From: Squalus acanthias
Taxonomy: Eukaryota
Assembly (NCBI GenBank): GCA_030390025.1
Contig: CM059438.1
Coordinates: 60,948,001 to 61,012,000, forward strand
Length of the DNA: 64,000 bases
Direction of reading: 5' to 3'
Shown: piece by piece, positions 47,944 to 61,459 of the stretch
Layout of the letters: each line of letters starts with the position of its first letter
Numbering within the stretch: position 1 is the stretch's first letter
Position numbers and translations under genes: made by a program
Notes under the pieces: generated by a model
Database searches by the model: none
Seen by the model: only the letters and a program-made list of their open reading frames with translations
What the model was told of the DNA's origin: nothing

Positions 47944-48705
47944 GGGCTAGATATTCGGGTCTCCACGGGTGAGTACGCGGTGGGTACTCACCCGTAGACC
48001 CAACGAAAGTGCCGGTTTTGCGCATGCACTGCGCATGCGCTGGAAACCGGAACTTCCGTTCCCCTGATGGAAGGGGTTCAGAGGTCGAACGCGTGCGCTG
48101 GAGAGGCAGCGCGCATGCAGCGAACTTCGTTTTTTTTTCAGGTTTCTCCGTGAGGGTAAGTACAGAGAAGCTGCGCAGGAAAAAAGGAGGCGCAAGGCCT
48201 GTTTTTAACAAGGTAAGTGGTGAATTAAATACAATTTAAACATTTTTTCAACAGGTTTATCTTTTTTACATACTTTAAAGAAAGGTAAGTTTATTTTTAG
48301 CACTGTTAAAAGTGTAATTAACTTTTCAAAAATTTAAATTTTTGTTTAAAGTAGTTAATTTATGTAATTTATAATTATTTTAAAAATGTGATGTTTTTTA
48401 AAAATGTATTTGAAGTTTTAGTGAGGTTTTGGGGCCGATCTCTATTCATAGATTTGACAGGTCTTCCTGTCAAAATCTATGAATGGAGATTCCCTGCTCC
48501 GATTGGCTCTCCATGGCCCACGTGATCCCAGGGGACGCTTCGAACTAACTGCGCCCCTGGGATACGCAAGCACTGCGCACCGGCAGCTGCAGGAGGCCCA
48601 GGAGCCGAATTTCACGCGGGCCCAAAGCACAATGGCAGGCGCGGTAGGTAAGTACGCGCACGATCCTTGCACCCGCGGGAAGCCGGAGAGCCGAATTTCT
48701 GGCCC
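47944..48705 (+). mobile_element. Harbinger-type MITE (~760 bp) with 21-bp TIRs (18/21 match)
   Basis: GGGCTAGATATTCGGGTCTCC...GGAGAGCCGAATTTCTGGCCC; homolog of 22780-23507; TSD not preserved (AAT vs TAG). Confidence 0.85.
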
Positions 48706-49882
48706 TAGATATATATAATAATTTATTATCTAGACAGGAATTTATCATGAAAATATAAAGATAAATGTTTAATGTTAAAATGGGGACTGAATTATGTCTG
48801 TGCACCGTGGCCCATTTATCCCCCGACCTCTAACCCCACTTTACCTGAAAACTACGAATAAAAATAAAGCCCATGTGCACATAGGAAGATCAGGCTCCGG
48901 TGAGTTGATTGGGGAACCCTGGGGAGGCCAAGTGCATCAATCCTTGAGGATCCTTGCGGCTGATCCCTGGATTAGGGGGGAAAGGTAGGCGACTAACTTG
49001 TGGGAGGCGGCATTAGGTGAAGGGTTGGATGCTTATCTTAGGGTAAGCTGCATCTGTGTGTTGTGTTAGGGGACATAAGAACATAAGAACATAAGAAATA
49101 GGAGCAGGAGTAGGCCAATCGGCCCCTCGAGCCTGCTCCGCCATTCAATAAGATCATGGCTGATCTGATCCTAACCGCCAATCTACTATCTATCACAGAA
49201 CCATCTCCTGCATCTAACAGAATTGCACACACGAAATAGGAGCAGAATCAGGCTACACAGTCCCTGGGCCCGCTCCACTACCCACAGGGCCATGACCGAT
49301 CCGAACCTAGACTCATGTCCAAATTCCTGCCCGCTCCCCGTAACCCTTAATGCCCTTTACTTCTAGGGACATGGTAACTAACCGAAGATACTGCCCGGAT
49401 TCTTCATACTTTCCGTCATTCATCACTATTTAGATTTAATTAGTGCAGTAACTGGATTCTGGAAGGTGTAGACCAATGGCTGCCTCGTGTGTCTGTAATG
49501 ATTTAGAAATAGTTTTTGAAAATGAATGCTGTGGAGACATGAGAATCTTAAACTATGAATATCTGCAATCTGAGCTTAGGGGGATTCTTGGACGAGGGTT
49601 GTGTTAATAAATATTACACACAGCGGTGGTCAAGGAGATTTCTGTTGTGATATTCTCAGCTCATAATAACTAATACATTCATGACTGTCACTGGGTTTAT
49701 CTAATGCACAATAGGAAAAACTGCACTTACGACAAAATACTTTAATGAGTGTGGGGGGGGGGTGGGTTTATAACAGTGACTGCTCTTCTAAAGTACTTCA
49801 TTGGCTGTAAATCGCTTTGGGACATCCTGAGGTTGTGAAAGTCGCTATAGAAATGCAAGTTCTTTCTTTTTTTTGAATTTTA

Positions 49883-50340
49883 GCGATAGTGTTAAACGGG
49901 CGATAGCGGATCAGTCGCCCGTCATACATCTCTCCCCTTTTCCCTTTTTATTGAAGCCAGTGGAAAGGGAGATCGGGAGAGGCATATATCACAGAATCAC
50001 AGAATCCCCACAGTGCAGATAGAGGCCATTTCGGCCCATCGAGCCTGCACCGACACATATCCCACCCTATCCCCGTAACCCCACGTATTTAATCCCCCCC
50101 TAACACTAAGGGTCAATTTATCATAGCCAAATCAAACCTAACCCGCACATCTTTGGACTGTGGGAGGAAACCGGAGCAAACCCACGCAGACACGGGGAGA
50201 ATGTGCAAACTCCACACAGACAGTCACCCGAGGCCGGATTTGAACCCGGGTCCCTGGCGCTGTGAGGCAACAGTGCTAACCACTATGCCACCGTGTTGCC
50301 GGCAGTCGATCCGATATCGCCCATTTTTACACGATCGTGT
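49883..50340. mobile_element. Palindromic MITE-like element split by an HE1-like SINE
   Basis: Left arm GCGATAGTGTTAAACGGGCGATAGCGGATC pairs with right arm GATCCGATATCGCCCATTTTTACACGATCGT. Confidence 0.6.
49990..50300 (-). mobile_element. HE1-like V-SINE
   Basis: Near-identical reverse complement of 19808-20116; (ATTCTGTG)n tail. Confidence 0.88.
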
Positions 50341-51549
50341 TAGGGAATTCAGGAGAAATTTCTTTACCCAGAGTGGTTAGAATGTGGAACTCGCTACCAC
50401 AGAGAGCAGTTGAGGCGAATAGCAGAGATGCGTTTCAGGGGAAGCTAGATAAACACATGAGGGAGAAAGGAATAGAGAGATATATTGATAGGGGTCACTC
50501 AAACATAAGAACATAGGAACATAAGAACAATAATGGCGATCAAAGAGCAAAGCTCTGGCTCATTTCTCTTCTCCCTAACCCACGGCTCTGAGGCCAATAC
50601 CAGTTGGTCTTCGCACCCCTGGTGCTGAGGCAGGCTAACTCAGTACAGACCGGGGATTGAACCTGGGCCCCATCCTGGTTTCTATGGGGTCAGTACTAGA
50701 CCGGGTGGAGCACTTGTCAAGTGAGCCATCTGGGGACCGGAAACTCATGTGTTTGAGGACATTTCCTGAGCTGTTTGGGATTGGAAATCTTTTTAACGTC
50801 GCGCTGAGCACCGAATGAGTAATTTAGTGGCCTGGAGTGTGAGGCTGTGTGTTGACGGATCAGATTATTTTACTTTTGATGTGAAATGCGTGTGTGGAAT
50901 TTCACAGAGGGGCAACAGACTTGTAATTGAATCATCTCCATACTGCGTCATCCAGCTGAGAGAAGACCCGAGACAGGTGGAGTACAGAATGTGTCTGGAA
51001 AATCTGCAGCGTCTCCCTGAAACTGGACCCTTTGTGTTGTAAATAGAAAAAATAGCCAGAAAGAGCTTGCATTTCCATAGCGACCTCAGGACGTCCCACA
51101 AAACGCCTCACATCCAATGAAGTACTTTTTTGTGAATGGCGCCATGGGATCTTTTACGTCCACCTGAACAGGCAAATAGGTTTAACGTCTCATCTGAAAG
51201 ACGATAAAATCGTAAACCAAAGCCAGACCGACCACCTTGCCTCCTCTCCTGCCGGGTTTCAATGTCAAGCCCGGAAAGGTTGTGTGTTCCCCTTTTTCCA
51301 CAAAGACAACAGATGCAGAAAGCAGTCACAGAAACCATTATAAAACTAAAAACTTTTACAGCACTGGGCACACCATAAATGCCAATGGCGGTATATAACA
51401 TTAAGGTTCTTATGATCTGACACAGGACGGAAACTCAGGTCCATAACAGTAGAATCGGGGCGGGTTCCATTGCACAGGTGAAGAGGAGACAAATGGTGGT
51501 GCCAGAGGAGAAGTTTTATGACTGGATGGCCACAGGGCACATCAATAGC

Positions 51550-52028
51550 CCCCAAGTCCCGTTCGCCCATCACCCCTGTGCTCGCTGACCTACTTTGGCT
51601 CCCGGTTAAGCAGCGCCTCGATTTCAAAATTCTCATCCTTGTTTTCAAATCCCTCTATGGCCTCGCCCCTCCCCATCTCTGTAATCTCCTCCAGCCCCAC
51701 AACCCTCCGAGATATCTGCGCTCCTCTAATTCTGCCCTCTTGATGATCCCTGATTATAATCGCTCAACTATTGGTGGCTGTGCCTTCTGTTGCCTAGGCC
51801 CTAAGTTCTGGAATTTCCTCCCTAAACCTCTCCGCCTCGCTACCTCTCTTTCCTCCTTTAAGATGATCCTTAAAACCTTCCTCTTTGACCAAGCTTTTGG
51901 TCACCTGCCCTAATTTCTCCTTATGTGGATCGGTGTCAAATTTTTTGTCTTAAAATACTCCTGTGAAGCGCCTTGGGATGTTTTACTATGTTAAAGGTGC
52001 TATATAAATACAAGTTGTTATTGTTGTT
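51550..52028 (+). mobile_element. L2-clade LINE 3' fragment
   Basis: KSRSPITPVLADLLWLPVKQRLDFKIL; tail ATATAAATACAAGTTGTTATTGTTG. Confidence 0.9.
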
Positions 52029-53997
52029 CATTGAGAAATACAGCGGAGAGAGTCATCCAGCTTTGCCATTCAGTGCAGAAGGAGAAGGAAGTTCCTGGCG
52101 AGTGGAATCTGCATTCCTCTCCCTTATTTCAGATGTCTTCTTTTCTCTCCTACTAATTCTATGATATAATCCGTCAGTGCAGTATGGTAAGAAAACAAAA
52201 AAAAGACTCTTTGCTGCTGCGGCCCTTTAACTGGCTGTTGCAGCGCTCGGAAACACCGCCTCTGTTCGAGTGATGTGCCAGCAGCATCGATAGTTAGGGC
52301 CAAACTCGCAATTCCAGGTGGGAACAGCCACGTGCAAAGAGTTGAGTGATTGTCCCAATGCCCATCGTTCCTGCTCTAGAAGTGGCATTTTTGAACCTTT
52401 ACCTCATAGAGAGAAAAACCTATAAGAAAAAAAAATAAGGAATAATAACACAGACTAGAAAAGGATGGCAGATCCTGCTCTCGGCAGACTGCAGTTATTT
52501 CCTGATTTGCACAGACCTGTCTAGGTGCGACCTGTGGAGGGGAAAGAGATTAGACTTTCAGTGATAACAAATTCAGCGAGACAAGTTTTTAGGAGCTGCA
52601 GGTTGCAGACGGACTGCAGCGAGAGATGATGTCCCCATCTAACATTCTTATCTTTATCAAAAAAAAACTTACAAGAAAAGTTACCTTTTGCCTTGTGTAA
52701 ACTCCAGCAACAATCTTGACTGGTGTGTGTGCCAGAATGACACGGTGCTCTGTATTAGGAGATAAAGTGGAGATCAGATAAGCTCCACCCTCCAGCTGCG
52801 GGTTTGCTTTCATGCTGGTACGATGGAGGAGTCAGGCAGTGAAAGCACAGCTCAAAACCTGGAAACACATCCGGAGATACTTGCCCCTCGGTGGGGTGTA
52901 CAACACATGTGACTGAGATTGGACTCAGCACTTTACAGGAAGTCATTGAGTTAGCCCAAATTTGCTGCCAGATAGTTGGTGGACTAGTTTTGGCATTTTA
53001 GTGACAAGATTACACAAATGATAACAAAGCTTAACCATCCTTCAGTTGGTGAGATCAGGGAGTCTACAAATCCCCTCAATCCTGCCAACTCTCCCCCTTA
53101 TCACCACCACCCCAGCAGCTCCATCCTGCCACCTCTCCCTGAATTCCAAAGCTCCTCCTCCCCATCCTTTTAACCCTGCCACCTTTCCCCTAAATCTGTC
53201 ACCTTTACTGTCACCTAAACTCCTGCAACCTCCTCCCCACATTGCAACAGTGACTCCACTTCAAAAGTACTTCATCGACTGTAAAACGCTTTGAGACGTC
53301 CAGTGGCCATGAAAAGGTGCTATATAAATGCAAGTCTGTCTTTCTGTCTTTCTGTCTTCTGTCTTTCTTTCTTTCTTTCCTGCCATCTCTCACCCTAGGC
53401 CCCTGCCATCGCCTCCTCACCCCCTTCCATCTCTCTCCCTCTAATCACCCTCCACCCTCCCACCTCTCTCCCAGCATGCCTCTTTGACCGCGCGTTTGGC
53501 CACTTCCCGTAGCTTCTACTCCCACTTCCTGTTCAGGGCCCTGAGTCTGTTGTGAAGTGCCCAAGGGTGTCTGATCCATGAAAGTTGCTATGTAAGCTGT
53601 TTGTTGTTTGTTGACTGATTTAGAATCCACAAGTCCTGAGCACCCTTCAGGAACCTGACATGTGGTCACTGCTAAGAATAATACAGCAAGTTTTCCACTG
53701 CCAGAGATTGACACACCGATCAGATTCTGGGCACTGATTAGTTATGTGACTCTATGTCCTCTTGATTGCATGTTTCATGCAGACTGCTGTACGTAAACAG
53801 GTCTCTTCGGGTTTATTTATGACTGGTGCAGTAATCCGAGCTGGGAGAGGGAGTCCCATGCTGATTTGATACCTCTCTCTCTCTTTGGTAGAGACGGAAG
53901 CCTTGCGGAGAGGAGGGAGTTTACCGTGTGTGTGGGGGTGGTGGGACACATTGGTACAGAGTGAATATCCAGCACAAAGCAAATGAGATCCATCTTT

Positions 53998-54425
53998 GTC
54001 AGCCTTGGCTCGGTGGCAACACTCTTGCTTAGAAGGTGTGGGTTCAAGTGCCACTCCAGGGACTTGAACATATAACCTAGACTGACAATCCCAGGGCAGT
54101 ACCCAGGGAGTGCTGCACTGTCGGAGGTGACGTCTTTCGGTCGAGACGTTAAACCGAGGCCCCCGTCTGCCCTCTCAGGTGGACATAAAAAAAATCCCAT
54201 GCCACTATTCAAAGAAGAGCAGTGGGGTTCTCCCTGGTGTCCTGGCCAATATTTATCTCTCAACCATCATCATTAAAAACAAGATTATCTGGTCATAATC
54301 ACATTGCTGTTTGTGGGACCTTGCTTTGTGCAAATAGGTTTGCAGTGTTTCCTACATTACAATAATACTTCAAAAGTACTCCACTGGCTGTAAAGCGCGT
54401 TGAGATGTCGTGAAAGTTGCTATAT
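53998..54425 (+). mobile_element. tRNA-headed Deu-domain SINE (SacSINE1-like)
   Basis: TGGCTCGGTGG / GGTTCAAGT pol III boxes; Deu core GTGCTGCACTGTCGGAGGTGACGTCTTTCGG. Confidence 0.85.
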
Positions 54426-54429
54426 CGTT

Positions 54430-55595
54430 AAATCCCCCACCATCAACATCCTGGGGATCACCATTGACCAGAAACTGAACTGGACCAGCAGCCACATAAA
54501 TGCAGAAGCTGCTAAAGCAGGTCAATTACTCACCTCCTGACTCCCCAAAGCCTTTCCACCATCTATAAGGCACCAGTAAGGAGTGTGATGGAATACTCTC
54601 CACTTGCCTGGATGAGTGCAGCTCCAACAACACTCAAGAAGCTCGACACCATCCAGGACAAAGCAGCCCGCTTGATTGGCAGCCCATCCAGCACCTTAAA
54701 CATACACTTACTCCACCACCGGCGTACCGTGGCTGCAGTGTGTACCATCTACAAGATGCACTGATGCAACTCACCAAGGCTTCTTCGGCAGCATCTCCCA
54801 ACCCATGCCCTCCACTGTCTAGAAGGACAAGGGCAGCAGGCACATGGGAACACCACCACCTCCAAGTTCCCCTCGAAGTCACACACCAACCTGACTTAAA
54901 TATATCGCCATTCCTTCATCGTCACTGGGTCAAAGTCCTGGAACTCCCTCCCTAACAGCACTGTGGGAGTACCTTCACCACACGGACTACAACGGTTCGA
55001 GAAGGTTCAACAACAACAACAACTTTTATTTATATAGCATCTTTAATGTAGTAAAATGTGCTAAGGTGCTTCACAAGAGCGTTATCAAACAAAATATAAC
55101 ACATGCATTTATATAGCGCCTTTATCGACATCGAGACACATAAGGCAGGTGACCAAAAGCTTGGTCAAAGAGGTAGGATTTAAGGAGGAGAGAGAGGTAG
55201 AGAGGCAGAGAGAGAGAAGTCCAGAGCTTAGGGCCGAGGCAGCTGAAGGCATGGCCGCCAATGGTGGGGCGATGAAAATCAGGGATACGCAAGAGGCCAG
55301 AATTGGAGGAGTGCAGCAATCTCGGAGGGTTGTAGGGCTGGAGGAGAAAATAGAGATAGGGAGGGACAAGGCCATGGAATTGATTTGAAAACAATTATGA
55401 GAATTTTAAAATCGAGGTTTTTCTGGACCGGGAGTCAATGTAGGTCTTCCCAATATTTAATTGGAGGAAATTTCTGCTCATCCAGTACTAGATTTCGGAC
55501 AAGCAGCGTGACACCAACTTCTCAAGGGCAACTAGGGATGGGCAATAAATACTGGCCTTGCGAACAATGTCCAAATTCCGAGAATGAATAAAAAT
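54430..55595 (+). mobile_element. CR1/L2-group LINE 3' fragment, interrupted by L2
   Basis: Encodes LSTIYKA-x-VRSVMEYSPLAWMSAAPTTLKKLDTIQDKAARLIG; tail GGGCAACTAGGGATGGGCAATAA...GAATGAATAAAAA. Confidence 0.75.
55009..55445 (-). mobile_element. L2-clade LINE 3' fragment(s)
   Basis: HGLVPPYL...IGGHAFSCLGPKLW; (TTG)n tail. Confidence 0.85.
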
Positions 55596-55827
55596 AAAAT
55601 AGATAAGTCTGACTTCTTTCTTTCTTGCTTTGCATCCAGTCCGACAATGGAAAGTGTTACTTTGAGTCTGCGTCGCACGTTCAAGACTCTAGTTCACCAA
55701 AAAAAGGGTGAGTAGAGTAAAAGGCCCCACCCCCATCCCCCACATGCCACGATTTCATTCTTCTGTTGTGGTGGGAAAATGTCGCAATCTAGTTGAAATG
55801 TATTCAGTGTCAACAATCTTAATTTAG

Positions 55828-56168
55828 GATAGATAGAGAGAAACTGTTCCCATTGGCGGAAGGGTCGAGAACCAGAGGACACAGATTTAAGGTGATTGGC
55901 AGAAGAACCAAAGGCGACATGAGGAAAAGCTTTTTTACGCAGCGAGTGGTTAGGATCTGGAATGCTCTGCCTGAACGGATGGTGGAGGCAGACTCAATTG
56001 TGGCTTTCAAAAGGGAATTGGATAAGTACCTGAAGGAAAATTTTTTCAGGGCTACGGAGAAAGGGCGGAGGAGTGGGACTAGCTGAAGTGCTCTTGCAGA
56101 GAGCCGGCACGGGCTCGACGGGCCGAATGGCCTCCTTCTGTGCTGTAACCATTCTATGATTCTATGAT
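55828..56168 (+). mobile_element. CR1 3' end
   Basis: Closely similar to 6340-6675; (ATTCTATG)n tail. Confidence 0.9.
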
Positions 56169-56409
56169 GACCTCTGAATACTGCCGCCAATCCTTTCTCC
56201 AGCTGCCAAAGTTACCACCGGATATGGGGCTGTTGCGTAATACCCCAGACTGCGTGTGGGCGGCCATTTTATTGCCTCTCGTAGGGGATTGTGTGGCTGT
56301 GGGGGAATGGGGGGCAGGTTATGGGGTCGAGACTGATGGTGGACAGGGCCAGCTCGAAGGATTAGCCAGTCTTTTCCTGTCCTTACAGAGAATTACATTT
56401 AATAGATTT

Positions 56410-56772
56410 GTACAGTACAGAAACAGGCCATTGGGCCCAACAGGTCAGTGCAGGTGTTTATGCTCCACACGAGCCTCTCTCCACCTTACTTCATCTCACT
56501 CTATCAACATATCTTTCTATTCCTTTCTCCCACATGTACTTATCTAGCTTCCCCTTAAATGCATCTCCGCTATTCGCCTCAACTACTCCTTGTGGTAGCG
56601 AGTTCCACATTCTAACCACTCTCTGGGTAAAGAAGTTTCTCCTGAAATCCTTATTGGATTTATTAATGACCATTTTATATTTATTGCTTTTAATTTTGGG
56701 CTTCCCACACATGGAAACATCTTCCCTACAGGTACCCTATCAAACCCCTTCATAATTTTAAAGACCTCTATT
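56410..56772 (-). mobile_element. CR1 3' end
   Basis: RNFFTQRVVRMWNSLPQGVVEA; homolog of 18288-18660. Confidence 0.88.
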
Positions 56773-57227
56773 ATCGTATGTCCTGTATGAGGGAAGCACG
56801 TAATTATTTTGTGGCCTAGCGATACTGGGTGCGTTTATATTGTTTGGCATTTGCTAAGGGCCTTGGGAGGGAGGATTTAAAATTTAAAAAAGCTGGGTTA
56901 GGCGGTCCTATACATTGGCAGAGCTAATCCATTGTGGTTAAATTGGCAAATCTTTCTGAATTCCTCCCCCCGCCAGGACCGCTGGCTCCCACGTATCTGC
57001 CACCACAGCCAGTCGCTGCCTCACCACCTGAGGGAAGCTCCCCTATGGTGCTGTAAAAGACCCGGGTTCAACCAACCAGTGGGTGAAAGTCCTTCCCCCC
57101 ACCGAGGACCCACTGCCATTGAGGCAGACAGAACATTCAAGGGTCAGAGGTCATGGTGAAGCTTTAACATCAGCTGGCCTTTGGAGCCCTGTGCTCAATT
57201 CGAGTCGGACTGTCATAAAAGGATATA

Positions 57228-57800
57228 ATGCGGAGATGCCGGTGTTGGACTGGGGTGGACAAAAATGAGAAGTCGCACAACACCAGGTTATAGTCCAACA
57301 GTTTTATTTGAAATTACGAGCTTTCGGAGCTCTGCTCCTTCTTCAGGTACAGTGAGGGAATATAAATCGATTACACAGTATATATAGACAGAGAACAATG
57401 TGTCTGCAGAAATACAATCCGTCAGGGAGGCATTACATCAAAGACACATCAGAGTACAGCTAAGACAATGAGGTGGGTCACAGGGGTCCAACGTGTCAAA
57501 TGCTGCCGTCTGCAGTTAAGCTTTTAACTTTTTTTTTAAAACTGGGAAACCAGACAACGATGTCGAGTCACGTTCTGTAGCGTGACATGAACCCGAGATC
57601 CCTGTTGAGGCCGTCCTCATGGGTGCGGAACTTGGCTATCAGTTTCTGCTCGATGATTTTGTGTTGTCGTGTGTCTCGAAGGCCGCCTTGGAGAACGCTA
57701 ACCTGCAGATCCGAGGCTGAATGTCCTTGACTGCTGAAGTGTTCCCCGACTGGGAGGTAACAATCCTGCCTGGCGATTGTTGCGCGGTGTCCGTTCATAC
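57228..57800 (-). mobile_element. 5'-truncated Penelope-like element with 15-bp TSD
   Basis: Reverse-complement homolog of 26645-27220; TCATAAAAGGATATA at 57213-57227 and 57801-57815. Confidence 0.92.
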
Positions 57801-58718
57801 TCATAAAAGGATATAGAAGAGAGGAGCAACAGGACTGATCCGAGTGTAACAGGGGATGAGCTATGAGGCAAGGTCAAAGAAGCTTAAGTATTTAATGGCA
57901 TGGATAAAGTGAAGCGAGGATCGTATTGCAAATTAAGGAAATAGGAGCAGAGGAGTTAAGTTTATGTTGGGTTAACTAGAGTTAACAAGGTGGTAACGGC
58001 TTCAAGATGGGATCGGTAGCCTTACCTTATGCAAACTGGGGTGCGAGTGCGACCATTGAGCGAAGGCCAACACAATGGTGGCACCCTCACCCCACTGAGC
58101 AGCTACCTCTCGCACTGCCAGTACCACCCCTGTTGTTTTGTACCTCCATGTATTCCCCATGCCAGTGCCGGCTCTTCTCCCTGTCGTGGATAGACAGCAT
58201 GACCGTCACCATACTGTATATCCACACTGTTCCTGTACCTGCCAGAACGGCCCTCTCCCAGCCCACCCCGGACAACCACAACTCCTCATGTCGACACCAG
58301 TCTGCTCAACCAGATCCGTCTCTTCTAAAATGAACCTACAGCTCCCTCAGTCCCAGGTACCTGTGTACTTTGGTCACAGGCTACTTGCTGATTTTTACGA
58401 GAAAATTACCCACCATGCATTGATGGAGTTGGGGCTGAGGCTTCAGAAACTCGCTCCCTAGCACCGCCTGGTGGCCAGAACCCACAACTACACTGTGACA
58501 GTTGACATAGCAACTTGAATGGAAAATATTGGAGGTAGCACTTTGCAACGGTAAATGTTGGCACGAAAGCGTGACCAAAAATTGTGACAACAGGAAGTAA
58601 TGTTTGTGAACAGGAAGTGTGTGTCCTACGCAAGCTTTTTAAAAAAAAAACTGCAATAAGAACAAATCACAATAGGTGAAGGAAAAAGAATGGAGAAAAA
58701 AAAACACAAGATTCATCT

Positions 58719-58747
58719 TTTATTATAAAATGTTTAAAATATTTATT
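58719..58747 (-). terminator. Candidate polyadenylation signals of the CCN1-like gene (two AATAAA, then a GT/T-rich downstream element)
   Basis: TTTATT at 58719-58724 and 58742-58747 on +; minus strand continues GAATCTTGTGTTTTTTTTTTCTCC; AT-rich, UTR-like upstream sequence. Confidence 0.5.
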
Positions 58748-60614
58748 AAGAAATTAAGTATTTATGTTTCTATAAAGACATCATTCTAATTACAATATGT
58801 GCAAAACATCAGTATATACACTATTCATCTGCAAACTTATATCGAAATCAGATATTAACAAGAGAGCAGTAAAACACTGCAGGCGCAACCCAGGGAGTCA
58901 GAATGTGGCTACATTCATTACTAGTACGTCAAAGGCAGAATAGGGTTGGGATGGAGGGAGCGAGCTTCTTCATCCCTTGTGTACCTGTAGAATTCAGACC
59001 TAGAGTGTGCGGTGGGTTGTCACAATTATTAGAAATTCTCTCAGGTAAAGCCTAGTGTAGCCAGTCTAATGGACAGACTATCACCACTCTTACATTTACC
59101 ATCTTAGCCCAGGTCACAGGAGACAAAACATCGGTATGTCAGCTCCCGGCATTTACATCGCTGCCACTGGCTCCTCATCCCATTTTAGTGAGTCTACAAA
59201 CACAGGAACATAGGAACAGGAGCAGGCCATTCAGCCCCTCGAGCCTGCTCCACCCATTTAAAATCAATCAGAGAACCAGGTTTGTTTCCATTCGGTGGTG
59301 CAGTTGACAGGTCTCCCTCCGATGTCGGGGCTGGCGTATTGTAAAAGGGCCGTGAAAGAGGTGTGAGGAGAGCTGCTGACTTAGCCCCGGCCTCAGAACA
59401 GCACCTCCTGTAGCCCTCTGCGAGACTGATAATTCAATGCCAAATTTTGGACAACTGCATTCAATGGTCCCACATGCACCGGGATCCGTCCTACCTTCTT
59501 TCACATCTAATAGCCTTACAACTGGCAGAGAGAGAAGATCTTTATCCCGTCAGCCTAGGGTGGTCTTAGAGTGGAAAGGATGGTGTGTGACCCTCACTCA
59601 GTCCATCCAGCAGATGGGATTGCTCCTAATTTGGCCAACTTCTCACTTCAGTTGAACAATCTTGACCTCTAGACCCTACCACCTGGACAAACCCAAGCAC
59701 ACCAAGGTTACGTTTTACCTGGCAAGGTTGTTCTCCTCTACGTCTCTCTTAACAACGTTATAGACTGGCACGCGAGCGCCGGTTGTCACAAAAATCTATT
59801 CTAACTGATCACATAGGTCGGATAAAAACACAGCCACAGCTCCACATTACAGTAATACTGGCAGACACCGAGAAATATATTAAACACATACAGAACAAAA
59901 AAAAAGTCTTTAAATATACACACAGAATATTTACTACACACGACCCGCTACAGTTGTCTCATCGCGCTTCGAAAACGAAGCATGTTCAGTTCAGATCACT
60001 CCACCGCAGTGAAGTTTGTTTTAATTGGGGGTGGGGGGGTGGTGGGAATAAGAGTACAAATTAAATAGAGTTACTGTAGGAAGGTCCACCTCAGTGCACA
60101 GGCGATAGCTGCCCGATACTAAAATATTCACATCTCACGTTGCACAGTGCACAGTCAAGAGTTAATCTCTACTGCCACAACAGATGGAGAACATGGTGTT
60201 TCTGTAATTTAACGGCCTGACGTTGTTTATAACGGTCTCCTCATGACAGCAGGGCCAGCGTTGGTCTCTGCTTTCTGACGGGCTGCTTAGCTTCCTTGTG
60301 CTGGAGTTCACTGGCCCGAAGTTAGGAATTTGGAAGGACTGGGCTGAAATGACTGAGCACCACCCAAAATTCCAAAAATATAGACACTAGTTTATTTTTC
60401 TTTGTTGCTATGGAGCGCTGACTTCACAAACAAAGCATTTGGCAAACCGTTTCCCCTTTTGTTTACAGACATAACGCAACATCTTGTGCAAAATGCACCT
60501 TCCTGTCCCTTGCACCGTGGAAATGTCGGAGACGTCAATCTAAAGTAAATATTTGCCAAACGCTTTCCATGCAGCCTCTGGCTCTTCCATCTCTACAAAT
60601 GAGACAATGGCCTT

Positions 60615-60965
60615 AGGAACAGGAGGAGGCCATTCAAGCTCCTCGAGCCTGCTCCGCCATTCAATTAGACCATGGCTGATCTGTACCTCAACTCCATTTT
60701 CCCCGCCATTGCCCCATAACCCTTGCTACCCTTACCTAACAAACAGCTGTCGATCTCAGTCTTGAAAGCTCCAATTGACCCCCAGCATCCACAACCTTTT
60801 GGGGGAGAGAGTTCCAGATTTCCACTACCCGTCCTGTGAAAAAATGCTTCCTGATTTCACTCCTGAACAGCCTGGCTCTAATTTTAAGGCTGTGCCCCCT
60901 TGTTCTTGATTCCCCCACCAGGGGAAATAGCTTCTTTGTATCTAACCTATCGAATCCTTTTAACA
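60615..60965 (-). mobile_element. CR1 3' end within the putative 3' UTR
   Basis: GESRTRGHSLKIR...HFFTGRVVEIWNSLP. Confidence 0.85.
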
Positions 60966-61309
60966 GCCTTCATGTAACAGATTGGCAATGGGGGGGGGGG
61001 GGGGGGAAACTGAGGGGCAAAAAAAAAGGTAAAGTCTCAAAATTACAGACAGCCACAAAGTTAGTGGGCGAGTGATCACCACAGGGCGTACTGCCGCCTC
61101 AGAGTGTCTTAAGGTGATAGAAACTCCTTATAATGTGGAGGTCAAAGGTATGGGCAGTCCATTAGGGTACGCAGTATGCTGGTGTACCACAGTGTTGTCA
61201 CATATTGGTGCATATTCCTCACAAGCCAAGCGTTGGAACTTAGGCTAGGGAAAGGCTTTGAGAGGATAAATCAACGTGGCCTGATCTCCTGACCCTCCCA
61301 ACACCGGAG

Positions 61310-61459
61310 GCCCCCATTCTAACCTGACCCGCTCGGTGGAAACGGGTTGCGTTCGAATCCATGGATTTCAACGCAGCGTAAAATCGGGCAGGGAGTAAAA
61401 CGGGCATTTGACCCGAACCCAGCCTGTTCTCGCCAGCTGGGTTGGGTTAAAATTGGGGC
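61310..61459. mobile_element. ~150-bp palindromic MITE-like element
   Basis: GCCCCCATTCTAACCTGACCC...GGGTTGGGTTAAAATTGGGGC inverted termini. Confidence 0.6.

Noticed and set aside
46000..53900. Additional host exons in the unique-looking stretches
   Set aside because: No ORF with recognisable homology or convincing paired splice sites; small or non-coding exons cannot be excluded without RNA-seq.
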